From IMG/VR virus record IMGVR_UViG_3300017780_006957, positions 32,001 through 96,000 of that record: a DNA stretch of 64,000 nt; one strand, written 5' to 3'. Position 1 is the first letter of the stretch. Each line of letters starts with the position of its first letter. Position numbers and translations under genes: made by a program. This DNA is from a virus. The notes under the pieces were generated by a model, which was not told where the DNA came from, did no database searches, and saw nothing but the letters and a program-made list of their open reading frames with translations. This document shows, one piece after another, positions 1 to 10,063 of the stretch.

Positions 1-122
1 TCTTCAATCGTAAAATCTTCTTCATTTTGTTTTTGAAACCAAAATGAAAAACTATCTTCGTTCAAAGCGACAAAAACGCTTTCTACTCCGTGACCGCTAA
101 GTCTTACTGTGTATTTATTCAT
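1..122 (-). CDS. hypothetical protein, truncated by window edge
   Basis: ATG at 122, open frame (MNKYTVRLSGHG...) runs off the window; tightly packed with neighbours. Confidence 0.6.
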   Translation of the reverse strand, partial: MNKYTVRLSGHGVESVFVALNEDSFSFWFQKQNEEDFTIE

Positions 123-345
123 GATCTTTTGTAAAATATAATTCTTTTTCTTCAAATAACTCTTTGACGGTATCTTCGGGAAACGTCTGATGAATCAATA
201 TCGTCTTGAAAGCGCCAACCCAATCATCGATGGTTGCATCCCAGTTTAAGGTTAACTGTAAAGAATCATTGAGTCTATAGCCTTCAACTTTGATCGTAAT
301 TTTATTGTCTTTATTTGGTATCATAATCACGGTTTTGAATGCCAA
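115..345 (-). CDS. hypothetical protein
   Basis: ORF in densely packed minus-strand gene run; true start may be slightly downstream. Confidence 0.6.
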   Translation of the reverse strand: MAFKTVIMIPNKDNKITIKVEGYRLNDSLQLTLNWDATIDDWVGAFKTILIHQTFPEDTVKELFEEKELYFTKDHE

Positions 346-565
346 CTAGCTGGTCTACTAGATCGGCCAGTGATTGATCATCTAGTAATACCATATCGGT
401 ATATGGTTTTCCTTTTAAACATTCCCACGCAAGAATCAGCCGATTTTTGAATGAGCGATTTTGTGGATCGGTTTTAAACAATGAAATTTCTGTGCCGAAT
501 CCATGATCATGCTCGACCCATAGACCTTCACTACCGCACTCACATTTAAAAAATTTACCTTTCAT
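311..565 (-). CDS. hypothetical protein (N-terminal CxC)
   Basis: ORF track, abutting neighbours. Confidence 0.7.
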   Translation of the reverse strand: MKGKFFKCECGSEGLWVEHDHGFGTEISLFKTDPQNRSFKNRLILAWECLKGKPYTDMVLLDDQSLADLVDQLVGIQNRDYDTK

Positions 566-566
566 A

Positions 567-959
567 TTATTTCAATAATGCTTCGATGATTTTTTCGGCG
601 TTCTCCTGTATAGATGGATACTCAAGCGTGTTAAATTGCTCTCCATGTTTAGCGATAAATGCCTGCCAATCCGCGAGAGCTTCGGGAGTTAATGGACGTT
701 TAGATGGTCGAGCTTCGCTTGCTTCACGAATAATTTTAATCAATTCGTCTTCTTTGTCTCTTGCAGCGGCAGAGATTTCTGATCTACTTGGGTATACTTG
801 CTGTCTAATCGAAGTGCTTCCTGGAGCAACCTTGACAAGCCACCAACCTTCGCGCAATCCTTCGTAGGCCCAAATGTCACTTGCAGGAATATATCTACGG
901 CCTACCTTTTTGTAAAGCTGATTATCTTGTTTATCTAGTATTCTATTATATGCTGTCAT
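567..959 (-). CDS. hypothetical protein
   Basis: 130-aa ORF with its own upstream AGGAACT-N4-TATAAT element. Confidence 0.75.
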   Translation of the reverse strand: MTAYNRILDKQDNQLYKKVGRRYIPASDIWAYEGLREGWWLVKVAPGSTSIRQQVYPSRSEISAAARDKEDELIKIIREASEARPSKRPLTPEALADWQAFIAKHGEQFNTLEYPSIQENAEKIIEALLK

Positions 960-1033
960 ATTTTATATTATTATATTAAAGTTCCTTTTAAAAATTTCTG
1001 TGCGTATGATGGATTGAGTGTATAAATAATTAT

Positions 1034-1714
1034 ATGGAAAATGATATTGAATTTGTGGATTGCTGTTCTAACTCAGGTGTATATAAAATTTCGTCCGCAG
1101 ATGGTTATTTTTATATTGGATCTACAATTAACATAAGCAATAGATGGAAAGAACATAAAAATAAATTATTAAACGGTACACATGAAAACACTCATATAAG
1201 AAATAGATTTAAAAAATATATCCAATTATGGAGATTTGAATTACTTGAAGAAACAGCCGCAGATTATGAATATATATTACAAAGTGAACAGCATTATTTG
1301 GATTTACTGTTTCATGATAAAAAATGTATGAATATAAATCCGTCTGCTTTTAAACCACCTTCTCAACTTGGTAAATCAAAATCTATATTACATACTGCTA
1401 GGATAATTTTAAGTAAATTGCAACGAGGTATTTATAAGAATGCAAATATAGCAGATGCAACTCTACAGTTATTAATAGATGATGAGGCTACAGAATATAA
1501 TGTGAGGGATATTTGCATTAAGTTATTGAATAAAGAAGAATTAAATATAGAGTTTAAAGGTACGCGTCAACGAGGTATTCCAAGACCTGACACAAGTGAA
1601 CGAATGAAAGGTAATACATTGAGAAAAGGTTGTGTTGGCACATTTACAGGCAGAAAACATACAGAAGAAACAAAAGAAAAAATGCGTCAATCAAGATTAA
1701 ATAGAGACAAATAA
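1034..1714 (+). CDS. GIY-YIG homing endonuclease with NUMOD3 motif
   Basis: GVYKI...FYIGST...R...EH catalytic pattern; C-terminal HTEETKEKMRQ NUMOD3-like motif; antisense to neighbours. Confidence 0.85.
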   Translation: MENDIEFVDCCSNSGVYKISSADGYFYIGSTINISNRWKEHKNKLLNGTHENTHIRNRFKKYIQLWRFELLEETAADYEYILQSEQHYLDLLFHDKKCMNINPSAFKPPSQLGKSKSILHTARIILSKLQRGIYKNANIADATLQLLIDDEATEYNVRDICIKLLNKEELNIEFKGTRQRGIPRPDTSERMKGNTLRKGCVGTFTGRKHTEETKEKMRQSRLNRDK

Positions 1715-1782
1715 TATTTTCGACCGACCTTTTTATAGCGAATTTGATTCATCTTATCGTAAATTCTTGTTTCTGCGTTCAT
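1687..1782 (-). pseudogene. truncated duplicate of the 5' end of gene 567..959
   Basis: MNAETRIYDKMNQIRYKKVGRKY vs MTAYNRILDKQDNQLYKKVGRRY; both preceded by TATAAAAT; frame runs into the 3' end of the endonuclease gene. Confidence 0.7.
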
Positions 1783-2134
1783 ATTTTATATAAATTAATT
1801 CTCCCAGCGCCCAATATGCTCAATTTTCACACCCTTTGGTGGTAAAATAGATAACATATTTACTTTTTCAGTCAAATCATTTATTTCTTCTCTTAATTCA
1901 GAGATAAGCGCAAGTAAATGTTCGATTTCTGCTTCAAGTTGAATGTTTGTCATATTAATAACGATTTTTTAAACGAATAAAAACATTTTTATTTTGTTCC
2001 AAGATTTCATCGAGCATATTAAAACAATATTCTTTCCAAACTTCCTCTGAAATAATTCCACTTTGAACTTTAGCAAACATCTCGTAGTATTGGTCGTTTT
2101 CCATGTGAGGATTATGTCATTTATTGGTATTTTG

Positions 2135-2821
2135 TCAAGCTTTTCTGTGCTCTTTTATTTCCTCAATCGCCAAAATTGTAGAATAGCATTCAGCAAAGTC
2201 AACCCAATAACTCTCATGGAAATGTCCATGATATGCTTTCGACGGCTGGCAAAGTTTAATTAATTCGCTATGTTCAATACGCTCCTTATAGCATAAGTCC
2301 CAAAGCGTTGGATCTTTTTCGCACCAACCACTAATACCTTCTTTGTCAAAGGGTCCAATCCAACTTGGTGCAGAATGGGTAATAAGAACATCGCACTTTT
2401 CGACAAGTTCTGGTTTTAAAACAAACCCTTCATCGCTCCAATAGCTCAATCCTTCCTTACGCCAAGCTCGATCAATGCTTACTGCGCCACCAACAAACAA
2501 AAACTTTTCTCCGTTGATCGTTTCAGTATGATAATCGGGAAGTAGTTTAAAGTGGCTCAGGTCGATTCGTTCAGAACCATTGAAATACAGTGGATCATCG
2601 TGATTACCCCGAATCGACATAAAAACAATATGTCTCTCTTCAAAAAATTCATTCACACGAACGCATCCTTCACGTTCACCCTCTGGGGAATAGTGAAACC
2701 CCATACCTAAGTCACCAACACAAATCAATGTGCAGTCACGTAAATCGAGGTCAGTAACTTTTTTCATTAGGCGATTAAATGCGCCGTGAATGTCTCCGAT
2801 AATGTAAATTGGGTTGCTCAT
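2135..2821 (-). CDS. calcineurin-like metallophosphoesterase
   Basis: GDIHG, GDLG, GNHD, THS and GHFH motifs. Confidence 0.9.
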   Translation of the reverse strand: MSNPIYIIGDIHGAFNRLMKKVTDLDLRDCTLICVGDLGMGFHYSPEGEREGCVRVNEFFEERHIVFMSIRGNHDDPLYFNGSERIDLSHFKLLPDYHTETINGEKFLFVGGAVSIDRAWRKEGLSYWSDEGFVLKPELVEKCDVLITHSAPSWIGPFDKEGISGWCEKDPTLWDLCYKERIEHSELIKLCQPSKAYHGHFHESYWVDFAECYSTILAIEEIKEHRKA

Positions 2822-3010
2822 ATTGTAATGTATTTTTGCTCTTTTAAATAGTGAATGATGTCATTTTGTTGTGATTTTGTATAATACTTTTTGAGTTTGC
2901 GCCTTGTTTCTATTGTGGAATAATTCCTATATGCTTCTGCAAAGCTATAATGAAAAACAAAGCCATGTTTAGGAAAAATGACATTATCTCCATCAATACA
3001 ATAACACATT

Positions 3011-3718
3011 TTAACTGTCTTTAGTTGCAGAAAATCCCAATTGTTTTGCTGTTTTAGGTGATAGCGTTGCATACCACGATCCTTTCTTGCAAAGATCTCC
3101 TGCTTCACCTGTATGCTGACATGTCTTTGAAGTAAGATACTCAGCAAATCGAATCATACCTTCGACATAATCGTCTCCTCCATCGGCGTATACTCGTAGA
3201 GTTCCAAACTTTTCTTTGTATTGAGCGATCTTTGCTTGCTCGGGTTTGGTATGAATGTATAAGTCGCGCATGAACCAACAAGCGATTTTCGATGTAAGTC
3301 TTCGAACCTTCATTGAGAATTTTGCATCAATCTTTGCTCTTTGCTCTGGCGTCGGAGAAGCAAACTTACGAATCACAAATGTGCCTTTGTATGGATTAAA
3401 AATTGCGTTGACTTTCCAGTTAATAGGCTTCCACATTTTTTCATTGATCCAAGCTTTGATCTTTTTATTGGGATTAATTTTGCCCCGTTGAGTATTTTTA
3501 ATATAGTTATCAATACTGCCGAATAGATGATCTACGATTGTCTCCCATCCTTTAGGGCAATCATTCCAGCATCGATGCATTTGTGGTAGCAGTTCGCCAT
3601 CTTCTCCTGTATAGAAAAGGTTAGGATACTTTTTAAACAGATGTTGCTCAAAGTCATAATCTTCTTTGACTTCTGCTTCGATTTTTTCTTTTAGTTCTTT
3701 TACGGTTTTAGTTTTCAT
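3011..3718 (-). CDS. hypothetical phage protein (GWxxI...KEKFGTLRVY type)
   Basis: 235-aa ORF; motif recalled from phage hypotheticals. Confidence 0.75.
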   Translation of the reverse strand: MKTKTVKELKEKIEAEVKEDYDFEQHLFKKYPNLFYTGEDGELLPQMHRCWNDCPKGWETIVDHLFGSIDNYIKNTQRGKINPNKKIKAWINEKMWKPINWKVNAIFNPYKGTFVIRKFASPTPEQRAKIDAKFSMKVRRLTSKIACWFMRDLYIHTKPEQAKIAQYKEKFGTLRVYADGGDDYVEGMIRFAEYLTSKTCQHTGEAGDLCKKGSWYATLSPKTAKQLGFSATKDS

Positions 3719-3755
3719 ATGTTTTTTATGTTATTATTATTATATTAGTGTCGCC

Positions 3756-3965
3756 TTATTCGTAATCACTCAACCAATAGAAATCATAATTGCGATCATT
3801 TTTAATGACTTTGAATTGTGTGCATCCTTGTTCAAACCAATTCAATACCACTCTTTGAATATACGGCAAAGTTTCATCAAACCAACCCTCACTCAGCTTA
3901 CCTCCTTCATCTCTATATTCAATGATGGTTACAATATTTTCTGTGGTCATACTACTGCTTTTCAA
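3756..3965 (-). CDS. hypothetical protein
   Basis: ORF in packed run. Confidence 0.6.
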   Translation of the reverse strand: MKSSSMTTENIVTIIEYRDEGGKLSEGWFDETLPYIQRVVLNWFEQGCTQFKVIKNDRNYDFYWLSDYE

Positions 3966-4254
3966 ACAAAGCTTTTAATCTCTCGTATTCAGAATGATCT
4001 CTGGCAATTTTTTGCTCGGCACGTTCTTTGTCATACTTTAATCGATTTTCGTATTCTTGGTCAGTTTCAAAGCGTTTACCTTGAAGCTTAAGATGATAAC
4101 CGCCTTCATAGCAAGCATCTTCGTAGATTTTTAAATCTGTCCAATCCTTTGAATATTTTTCTTGTAACGATTGAAGATATTCAATCGCTTTATCAATACT
4201 CATCTCGTCTAGATCAAGATCAGTAGCGTCTCTTCTGTGAATTAATTTTTCCAT
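3952..4254 (-). CDS. hypothetical protein
   Basis: ORF in packed run. Confidence 0.75.
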   Translation of the reverse strand: MEKLIHRRDATDLDLDEMSIDKAIEYLQSLQEKYSKDWTDLKIYEDACYEGGYHLKLQGKRFETDQEYENRLKYDKERAEQKIARDHSEYERLKALFEKQ

Positions 4255-4378
4255 AGCGTTTCTTTAAGAATGTAGTATATCGGTAGTCCAATTATAATCA
4301 ACAACAAAATAAGCATTTCTGGATTTCTTTTGTGAAAGAACCATTCTTGCTTTAATTCATATTTAAAGTCTTCCCATT

Positions 4379-4717
4379 TCATAATTTATTTAAATCTTTA
4401 TCAAATAATCCAAGCACCCAATCCAATCTAAACTGAGCATTAAAACGATCACTGATGTAAAACAAATCAATAAGAATATCTTCTTCGCTCTTGTAGCCGT
4501 ATGTATCCAATGGACTTCTGTAATCTCCTCCAAAATAATCAGTAGCGGCAAGCCATTTAGATTGTGCAGCAATCACTCCAGCATAAGGATGAATAATCTC
4601 TTTTGCGTTTTCTAAAGTTATACCTTGACTATAAAAATTAGAAAACACATGCTTAGCCAAAAGTTTACAACGCACTTGTGCTTTCTTTTCGAGACGATTT
4701 TTAGTGCTATTCTTCAT
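4379..4717 (-). CDS. hypothetical protein
   Basis: ORF directly preceded by TTGACA-16-TAAAAT promoter. Confidence 0.75.
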   Translation of the reverse strand: MKNSTKNRLEKKAQVRCKLLAKHVFSNFYSQGITLENAKEIIHPYAGVIAAQSKWLAATDYFGGDYRSPLDTYGYKSEEDILIDLFYISDRFNAQFRLDWVLGLFDKDLNKL

Positions 4718-5622
4718 GGATACATTTTACTGTGTTTGTCGGCATTGTCAAGTACTTTTCCTTTGCAATATTCTTCGTGATGATACCCCCAATACTCACC
4801 ACAGTCTTGGCAGTGTGTTATAGGATTTCCCTCCCAATCTTTTAATGGAACATTTTCTAGGTTAAAAACCTTATCAATAGAATATTTAATAATCTTACTT
4901 TCAAGATCTTCTACTTGTATTCGCAGTTTAAGATTCTCTTCAATCAATAACTCTGGTTGATACTCACTATCATCCAATTCACCTAGAGCCTTTAGAGCAA
5001 TCATTCGGCATGTTTCTGCTTTACGATTCTTCTTGGTGATTTCCTCCAGTGCCTTGATGTAATGATCACAGTGACGCTTCATATCTTCCAGATCGTGCTC
5101 CTCTTTGGTCGGTTGATAGTTTGGCACGTTCTTCAAGATATGATTCAGCATTTGAGTAGTCGTAAGATCTTTCTTTGCTCCAAAGCCAGTATAATATCTA
5201 TAGGTCATTTCAATCTCACCTTGTAGAGTTTCCAATTCCATTTCCGAAATAGAACATGCGTCAACTAGTCGCTCGTTTATTTCTGATAGGCGTTTGATAT
5301 TATAGGCATCGCCATTAACTACTGCCTGAAGGTTGCTACAGCGAGATTCAAGTCGGTTAATTTCTTTTGCGAAATGAGCATTTGCTTCACGAAGGTTGGC
5401 TAGGTCGGCTGGCAGACATACCATATCTTTATGCTCTACAAGTCTATCGGCATAATCTTTTGCTTCTTGTAATTCAGTTTTTAGTTTTTTATTCTCAGCG
5501 GCGATCTCTTCAAGACGATCTGCCGCTTCTGCGATTGCTGCTGTAGCAACACCATCTTCGCAATAAATATCATGTAAAAGAATCTTCATCGCTCCAATAA
5601 TTGTTTCTGTGCTTGATCTCAT
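4714..5622 (-). CDS. hypothetical coiled-coil protein with C-terminal CxxC
   Basis: 302-aa ORF, heptad-rich. Confidence 0.75.
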   Translation of the reverse strand: MRSSTETIIGAMKILLHDIYCEDGVATAAIAEAADRLEEIAAENKKLKTELQEAKDYADRLVEHKDMVCLPADLANLREANAHFAKEINRLESRCSNLQAVVNGDAYNIKRLSEINERLVDACSISEMELETLQGEIEMTYRYYTGFGAKKDLTTTQMLNHILKNVPNYQPTKEEHDLEDMKRHCDHYIKALEEITKKNRKAETCRMIALKALGELDDSEYQPELLIEENLKLRIQVEDLESKIIKYSIDKVFNLENVPLKDWEGNPITHCQDCGEYWGYHHEEYCKGKVLDNADKHSKMYP

Positions 5623-5625
5623 ATT

Positions 5626-5826
5626 TTAATTACCGTCTTCTGGTCCTGTTTGAAAGAGTGTATCGATTTTCTTTAGATTAGCAAGGATTGTTTCTTGACT
5701 CATCGAAATATTTCGAGCGATATAAATCTGATGACAAATATGAGTGAGTAAGACAAGTTGCTCTTCTTGTGTATAGTTATGAATCTGGGTTAGTTTTCCA
5801 GTTGGAAGTTTTGTGTGCTTTTTCAT
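5626..5826 (-). CDS. hypothetical protein
   Basis: ORF with upstream AGGAACT-N4-TATAAT. Confidence 0.7.
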   Translation of the reverse strand: MKKHTKLPTGKLTQIHNYTQEEQLVLLTHICHQIYIARNISMSQETILANLKKIDTLFQTGPEDGN

Positions 5827-5846
5827 ACCTTATTATAACAGAGTTC

Positions 5847-6119
5847 CTAATTAATTTTACCTTCCCAATCAAAACTCCACATATTGAAAAATGGCATGTC
5901 ACGTTCAGCGTCATAAGCCTCAATCTCTTCTAGCCAAACATATGTCGAAGAGGAATTAAGTTGAGTTTTACGCACGGTATATTCCTGTCCAATGGCAAGA
6001 TACTTTTGATCGGTTATTACATTGGTATGCCATGCGTGTGTGCAAGGTTGAGTAAACGTAACTTTTTGCCCATCTTTCGGGAGTCCCATTCTTTCCTTAT
6101 CTTTTTCAAATATGCTCAT
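5847..6119 (-). CDS. hypothetical protein
   Basis: ORF in packed run. Confidence 0.7.
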   Translation of the reverse strand: MSIFEKDKERMGLPKDGQKVTFTQPCTHAWHTNVITDQKYLAIGQEYTVRKTQLNSSSTYVWLEEIEAYDAERDMPFFNMWSFDWEGKIN

Positions 6120-6130
6120 GCTTTTAATAG

Positions 6131-6535
6131 TTAGGGATTCTCAAAGATGTTGCCAAAGAAGATGCCGATTACCTCGATATCATCCTCGCCCCAAATTCCC
6201 CGAATATCATTTTTATTAATCCAAGTTAAAAAACACCCTTCATCAAAAATCACTTTACCAACAAAGTTTTCATTTACATATTGGTCGGATGTCGCTTTTA
6301 CAATATCTCCTTCGTAGATGTCTATACCATTCTTATCTTTTAGACCAGTGCATTGTTGAACGAGATATTCATTGTCAGGGACTCTAATCATATCATTTTC
6401 TACAATATCCAAAAAATATAAATGACCATCAAAATCAAAAAAACATTCATCTTTTGTAAAGAACTTCTCTGAGGTCTTTGACCATACTCTAAATTTTAGT
6501 TTTCTCATGCTTTTAATAGTTTCTCGGTTTGTCAT
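6131..6535 (-). CDS. YopX family protein
   Basis: KFRVW, QCTGLKDKNGIDIYEGDIV, EVIG...ENP signature; start may be 6508. Confidence 0.9.
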   Translation of the reverse strand: MTNRETIKSMRKLKFRVWSKTSEKFFTKDECFFDFDGHLYFLDIVENDMIRVPDNEYLVQQCTGLKDKNGIDIYEGDIVKATSDQYVNENFVGKVIFDEGCFLTWINKNDIRGIWGEDDIEVIGIFFGNIFENP

Positions 6536-6538
6536 AAT

Positions 6539-6757
6539 TTAATGAATATAAATTGCTTCACAATCAAACGGATCGTCATCACGGTCAGTCACTTCATGAT
6601 TACCATAATACCATTCAGTATACGCATTAAGTTTAATCTTAACTTCACCAGCTTGATGAGCTTCATCAACTCCTCCTTCATAACCACCAACAATAACCAT
6701 CGTTTCTGGATCGTAAGTGCTTAGTTTTTCAATTAATTGTTTTACGTTCATGCCCAC
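6539..6757 (-). CDS. hypothetical protein
   Basis: ORF (VKQLIEKL...GYEGG). Confidence 0.7.
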   Translation of the reverse strand: MGMNVKQLIEKLSTYDPETMVIVGGYEGGVDEAHQAGEVKIKLNAYTEWYYGNHEVTDRDDDPFDCEAIYIH

Positions 6758-7347
6758 AAATGTTGATGATATTTAACGATAGCGTTCATGGCCCACAAGT
6801 CTTTTTCTTCGATTAGTTTTTCGAGACGATTTGTTTCGGCGTATGCTTCTTCAAAACTCATACCATATAGCTCTTCGCATGAACGCATGCATGATGATTT
6901 GTTCCCTGCGGCATCAACCTTTGGTTCTCTAAACATTCCATGAACCCCAGGAAGCTCTTCTGGATAAGAATTGTCATGTTCTTTTTCAAGCATTGGCCGC
7001 TCAGTCTTAATATAGTTATAAACCGAACGAAGAAGAGTGTCTCTTGCTTTTAAAGTATTAATATATTCTTGAGACACGTGTCCCGCTTTAAGATCCTCGC
7101 TCCAGTCCATTTGATCCTGAAGCCCCTCTTCCTTTTCTATATAATGAATGAGGCACTCAAAAAGCAAATGTGGTATGAGTGATGTCTTATCACACCATGT
7201 ATTTGGAATGCTTTTAGTAAGCCACTTTTGTCGTGGATTAAACCATGCTGAAATTTGATATTTCAAATCCCACCAAAAGTAACTATTAAATAGCAGAGAT
7301 GGGTGCTTAAGCACTCTCAACGGATTGGTTTTATATGTGTTAATCAT
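6748..7347 (-). CDS. hypothetical protein
   Basis: ORF; ATG at 7347 overlaps the upstream stop. Confidence 0.75.
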   Translation of the reverse strand: MINTYKTNPLRVLKHPSLLFNSYFWWDLKYQISAWFNPRQKWLTKSIPNTWCDKTSLIPHLLFECLIHYIEKEEGLQDQMDWSEDLKAGHVSQEYINTLKARDTLLRSVYNYIKTERPMLEKEHDNSYPEELPGVHGMFREPKVDAAGNKSSCMRSCEELYGMSFEEAYAETNRLEKLIEEKDLWAMNAIVKYHQHLWA

Positions 7348-7652
7348 TAGTATTCTTCTTTCCAAGTATCGTGTAGATTATACCTTAACATACGGTGAGA
7401 TCCAATCAAAAAGTTTATAGGATCTTGGACACCAATATTTCCATTGCAACATTCTTCTACGATATATTGAGTAACCACTTCTTCCAGTGAAGACAGTCTA
7501 TTCGCTTCATTTACATATCGAGTGATTTTATCTGGCAATGCGGCATAGGACAAGTCTTCACCAGTGATTGGTACTCGCTCGTAGATATCAAACAGCAGTT
7601 GACGTACTTCTGCTTCAGTGAGTTCAGACACAAATTGAATTGTATGTTTCAT
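7347..7652 (-). CDS. hypothetical protein
   Basis: ORF in packed run. Confidence 0.7.
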   Translation of the reverse strand: MKHTIQFVSELTEAEVRQLLFDIYERVPITGEDLSYAALPDKITRYVNEANRLSSLEEVVTQYIVEECCNGNIGVQDPINFLIGSHRMLRYNLHDTWKEEY

Positions 7653-7824
7653 TTTTAATTTGTTTTAATTCTTGTAGTAAGCCTTTTGCTTTCTTTTCCA
7701 ACGCTTCACGGCAATAATTATAAGTGCCGTCTGGTCGTTTACCATTTGAAGCAAGTTCGACAAATTCGCGGAGTTTTGTTGCTTCGGTAATATTATAAAT
7801 TTCGAGCGGACTTAAGCTATTCAT
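7624..7824 (-). CDS. hypothetical protein
   Basis: ORF with upstream TTTACT-17-TATTAT containing AGGAACT. Confidence 0.7.
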   Translation of the reverse strand: MNSLSPLEIYNITEATKLREFVELASNGKRPDGTYNYCREALEKKAKGLLQELKQIKNETYNSICV

Positions 7825-7869
7825 ATGATTATAATACCAAAGTTCCTACGGAAAGTAAACAAGAAAATG

Positions 7870-8148
7870 TCAAATATTCCAAGTGGTTTCCGTCACAGAA
7901 TCGCCGCATGTCTCACAGTAACCATCCTCGGTTTCACAAGAGTCATATTGGAAACAACCAATTAAGTCATCGACTGAGACAGTATTTTGTCTCAGTTCTT
8001 CTTTAAACTTTTCACATAGGTAATCCACAAATTCATCGATCTGCTCTTGAGTCATTGGATTATATTCACCGTAAATATCCTGTCCATTTACTGTAGTGCC
8101 AAACGATCTACATCCCTCGCTTTTAACAATTTTATATTTGGTCTTCAT
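7870..8148 (-). CDS. hypothetical protein with C-terminal CxxCGD zinc-ribbon-like motif
   Basis: ORF track. Confidence 0.7.
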   Translation of the reverse strand: MKTKYKIVKSEGCRSFGTTVNGQDIYGEYNPMTQEQIDEFVDYLCEKFKEELRQNTVSVDDLIGCFQYDSCETEDGYCETCGDSVTETTWNI

Positions 8149-8663
8149 AGTCTGTCTTTGAGGAATTTCTTGATATTTTCAAAGAAATCTTCATCGTTTA
8201 GATTGTTACCATAATACTCTGGGGTCTGATGGTAATTTTTTGTGACGATACCCATCATATCCATTTTGTCGCAATTATAACGAGGTGGTAGGTTATCAAT
8301 AAGCACATTATCTTTATCTGCGATAGGCATCTTCATCACTCCTTCGCCACCATAACCAAAGGAAATTTTATATTGCTGAATGTCTTCGCGTGTAAAAATA
8401 TGAGCATAGTCTAAACCAAACTCACCCAGTCGATTTAATGCTTCGGCATATTCGCGTGTAGCGGTCGTGAGAATATAAACATTTTCTTTGCCAATGAGGT
8501 CGTTATAATATGCAAAGAGATCTTTCGCGCATGGTCGAATGATCGTACGATAAGTATGCACATCTTCGGGAAGCATAAATTCGACATGTGTTTGACCTGG
8601 ATCATTATTCACTGTTGTGTGCAAGATGCACTCATCGAGATCTTGAAATATTCTTTTTATCAT
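8145..8663 (-). CDS. HAD-superfamily (FCP1/NIF-like) phosphatase
   Basis: DLDECILHT motif I, RP, ILTTATREYA, VLIDN; start reassigned to MIKRIF. Confidence 0.8.
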   Translation of the reverse strand: MIKRIFQDLDECILHTTVNNDPGQTHVEFMLPEDVHTYRTIIRPCAKDLFAYYNDLIGKENVYILTTATREYAEALNRLGEFGLDYAHIFTREDIQQYKISFGYGGEGVMKMPIADKDNVLIDNLPPRYNCDKMDMMGIVTKNYHQTPEYYGNNLNDEDFFENIKKFLKDRL

Positions 8664-8664
8664 A

Positions 8665-8892
8665 TTATTGCTCCCAATTTTTAATAAAAAATGCTGGTGT
8701 AGAATCCCCAACCCACGCACCAAGTTGATTGAACTCATGAAATTCAACAGCATCTTCGTAAGTCATTCCTTCTGCCATCAACTTTTCGATTACCGCATCT
8801 TGATCATAAAGAAGAAAAGGTTCTGATCCGAATCTGACAACTGCGCCCATGATGCAATCATCATAACCATCCATTTTAATTAAGTTTTCCAT
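8665..8892 (-). CDS. hypothetical phage protein
   Basis: DGYDDCIMG...MTYEDAVEF...FN...GAWVG..TP pattern. Confidence 0.75.
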   Translation of the reverse strand: MENLIKMDGYDDCIMGAVVRFGSEPFLLYDQDAVIEKLMAEGMTYEDAVEFHEFNQLGAWVGDSTPAFFIKNWEQ

Positions 8893-9116
8893 TTATTTAT
8901 ATTTTAAATTTATAATCAGCGCCAACAAACAACAAAATAAAACAGCAATCAAAGGGTATAATTTTTCATCAGTCATCATTATCATTGTCGTTGTCATGAT
9001 CTTTTTCTTCGATAAAGCTCTCTATGAAAATTAATGTTATTGGAATAATCGACAATAGTATCATTATACCCAACAAATATTTAATAAACATAAAAGCCAT
9101 AAAATTAATTATACAT

Positions 9117-9449
9117 TTAAGAAATTTCACTTTTTATACGCTGCAAAATATCATCTGAACCGCTAACCTTATCAATTAACCCGTCACTATTGAAGACAAG
9201 CAGACATGGGACGCTTTTGATACTATGCAACTTAAAGAAATCCACCTCATCTTCCATTTGCTTAATCTCTACTGTTAAATTCTCTGCGACGATTCTAGAC
9301 TTGAGGACTTTGCAGGGTCCACAAAATCCAGCAGATGCCAAAATCAATTTATTCTTGGGGCTAAAAATATTATCCCAGTTTTCTCTTCCTTCTTTAGAGA
9401 GGGACTTTGATTTGATCAAATCATTTGTGATGTCGTTTCGTGCTGTCAT
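9117..9449 (-). CDS. thioredoxin/glutaredoxin-like protein
   Basis: CGPC active site and SVP cis-Pro motif. Confidence 0.8.
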   Translation of the reverse strand: MTARNDITNDLIKSKSLSKEGRENWDNIFSPKNKLILASAGFCGPCKVLKSRIVAENLTVEIKQMEDEVDFFKLHSIKSVPCLLVFNSDGLIDKVSGSDDILQRIKSEIS

Positions 9450-9455
9450 TTTTAT

Positions 9456-9971
9456 TTAATATTTGTTTCGGGCTTGCTCCCATTTTTCTCTTTTATTGTA
9501 TAATTCTTCGTCGCTTAATTCAATTGGCTTTTCGTTTTTTGTTAAATCCATAGAAATCAATGAGCCATTATGAAACAAAGCTTTATATTCAATCCATCCC
9601 AGTTCATATCTTTGCCAATCTTCACTATCTGATTGATTATGTTGTTGTTTATAATTTTCATGGTAATAGCATTCATAAAAATTAATACATCCACTAAAGT
9701 CTGTTTTGACCCAAGTTCGTGAAATGGTTTCCATATGTCCCATTCTATCAAAAAGAGATTCTGCGTTTGGAGTCGTAGATTCAATCCATTTTTTTTCCGT
9801 CAACTCTTCCCAAAGAATCCCATCATGATCTATTTTATATAAACACATGTATTGATTAGGAGTATCTTTTGTTTGGAAAGCGATATTTTCTGCGCTACCC
9901 CAAGCGTCAATTACTCTTTGAGGCAAATCAACAAGAGTATATTCACATTTTAAATAATCAAACATTCCCAA
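9456..9971 (-). CDS. hypothetical protein (MGMFD...FQTKD type)
   Basis: ORF track. Confidence 0.75.
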   Translation of the reverse strand: MGMFDYLKCEYTLVDLPQRVIDAWGSAENIAFQTKDTPNQYMCLYKIDHDGILWEELTEKKWIESTTPNAESLFDRMGHMETISRTWVKTDFSGCINFYECYYHENYKQQHNQSDSEDWQRYELGWIEYKALFHNGSLISMDLTKNEKPIELSDEELYNKREKWEQARNKY

Positions 9972-10009
9972 AATTACTTTTTCTTTCTATTTTTAAATTT
10001 TTAATAGTT

Positions 10010-10037
10010 ACAGGAGGGGTTCCCCAACCCCTCCTGT
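10010..10037. terminator. perfect 12-bp GC-rich hairpin downstream of rIIB (terminator or processing/stability signal)
   Basis: ACAGGAGGGGTT-cccc-AACCCCTCCTGT; no clear U-tract. Confidence 0.5.
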
Positions 10038-10063
10038 ATTATACTACCACTACAAACGAGTTA

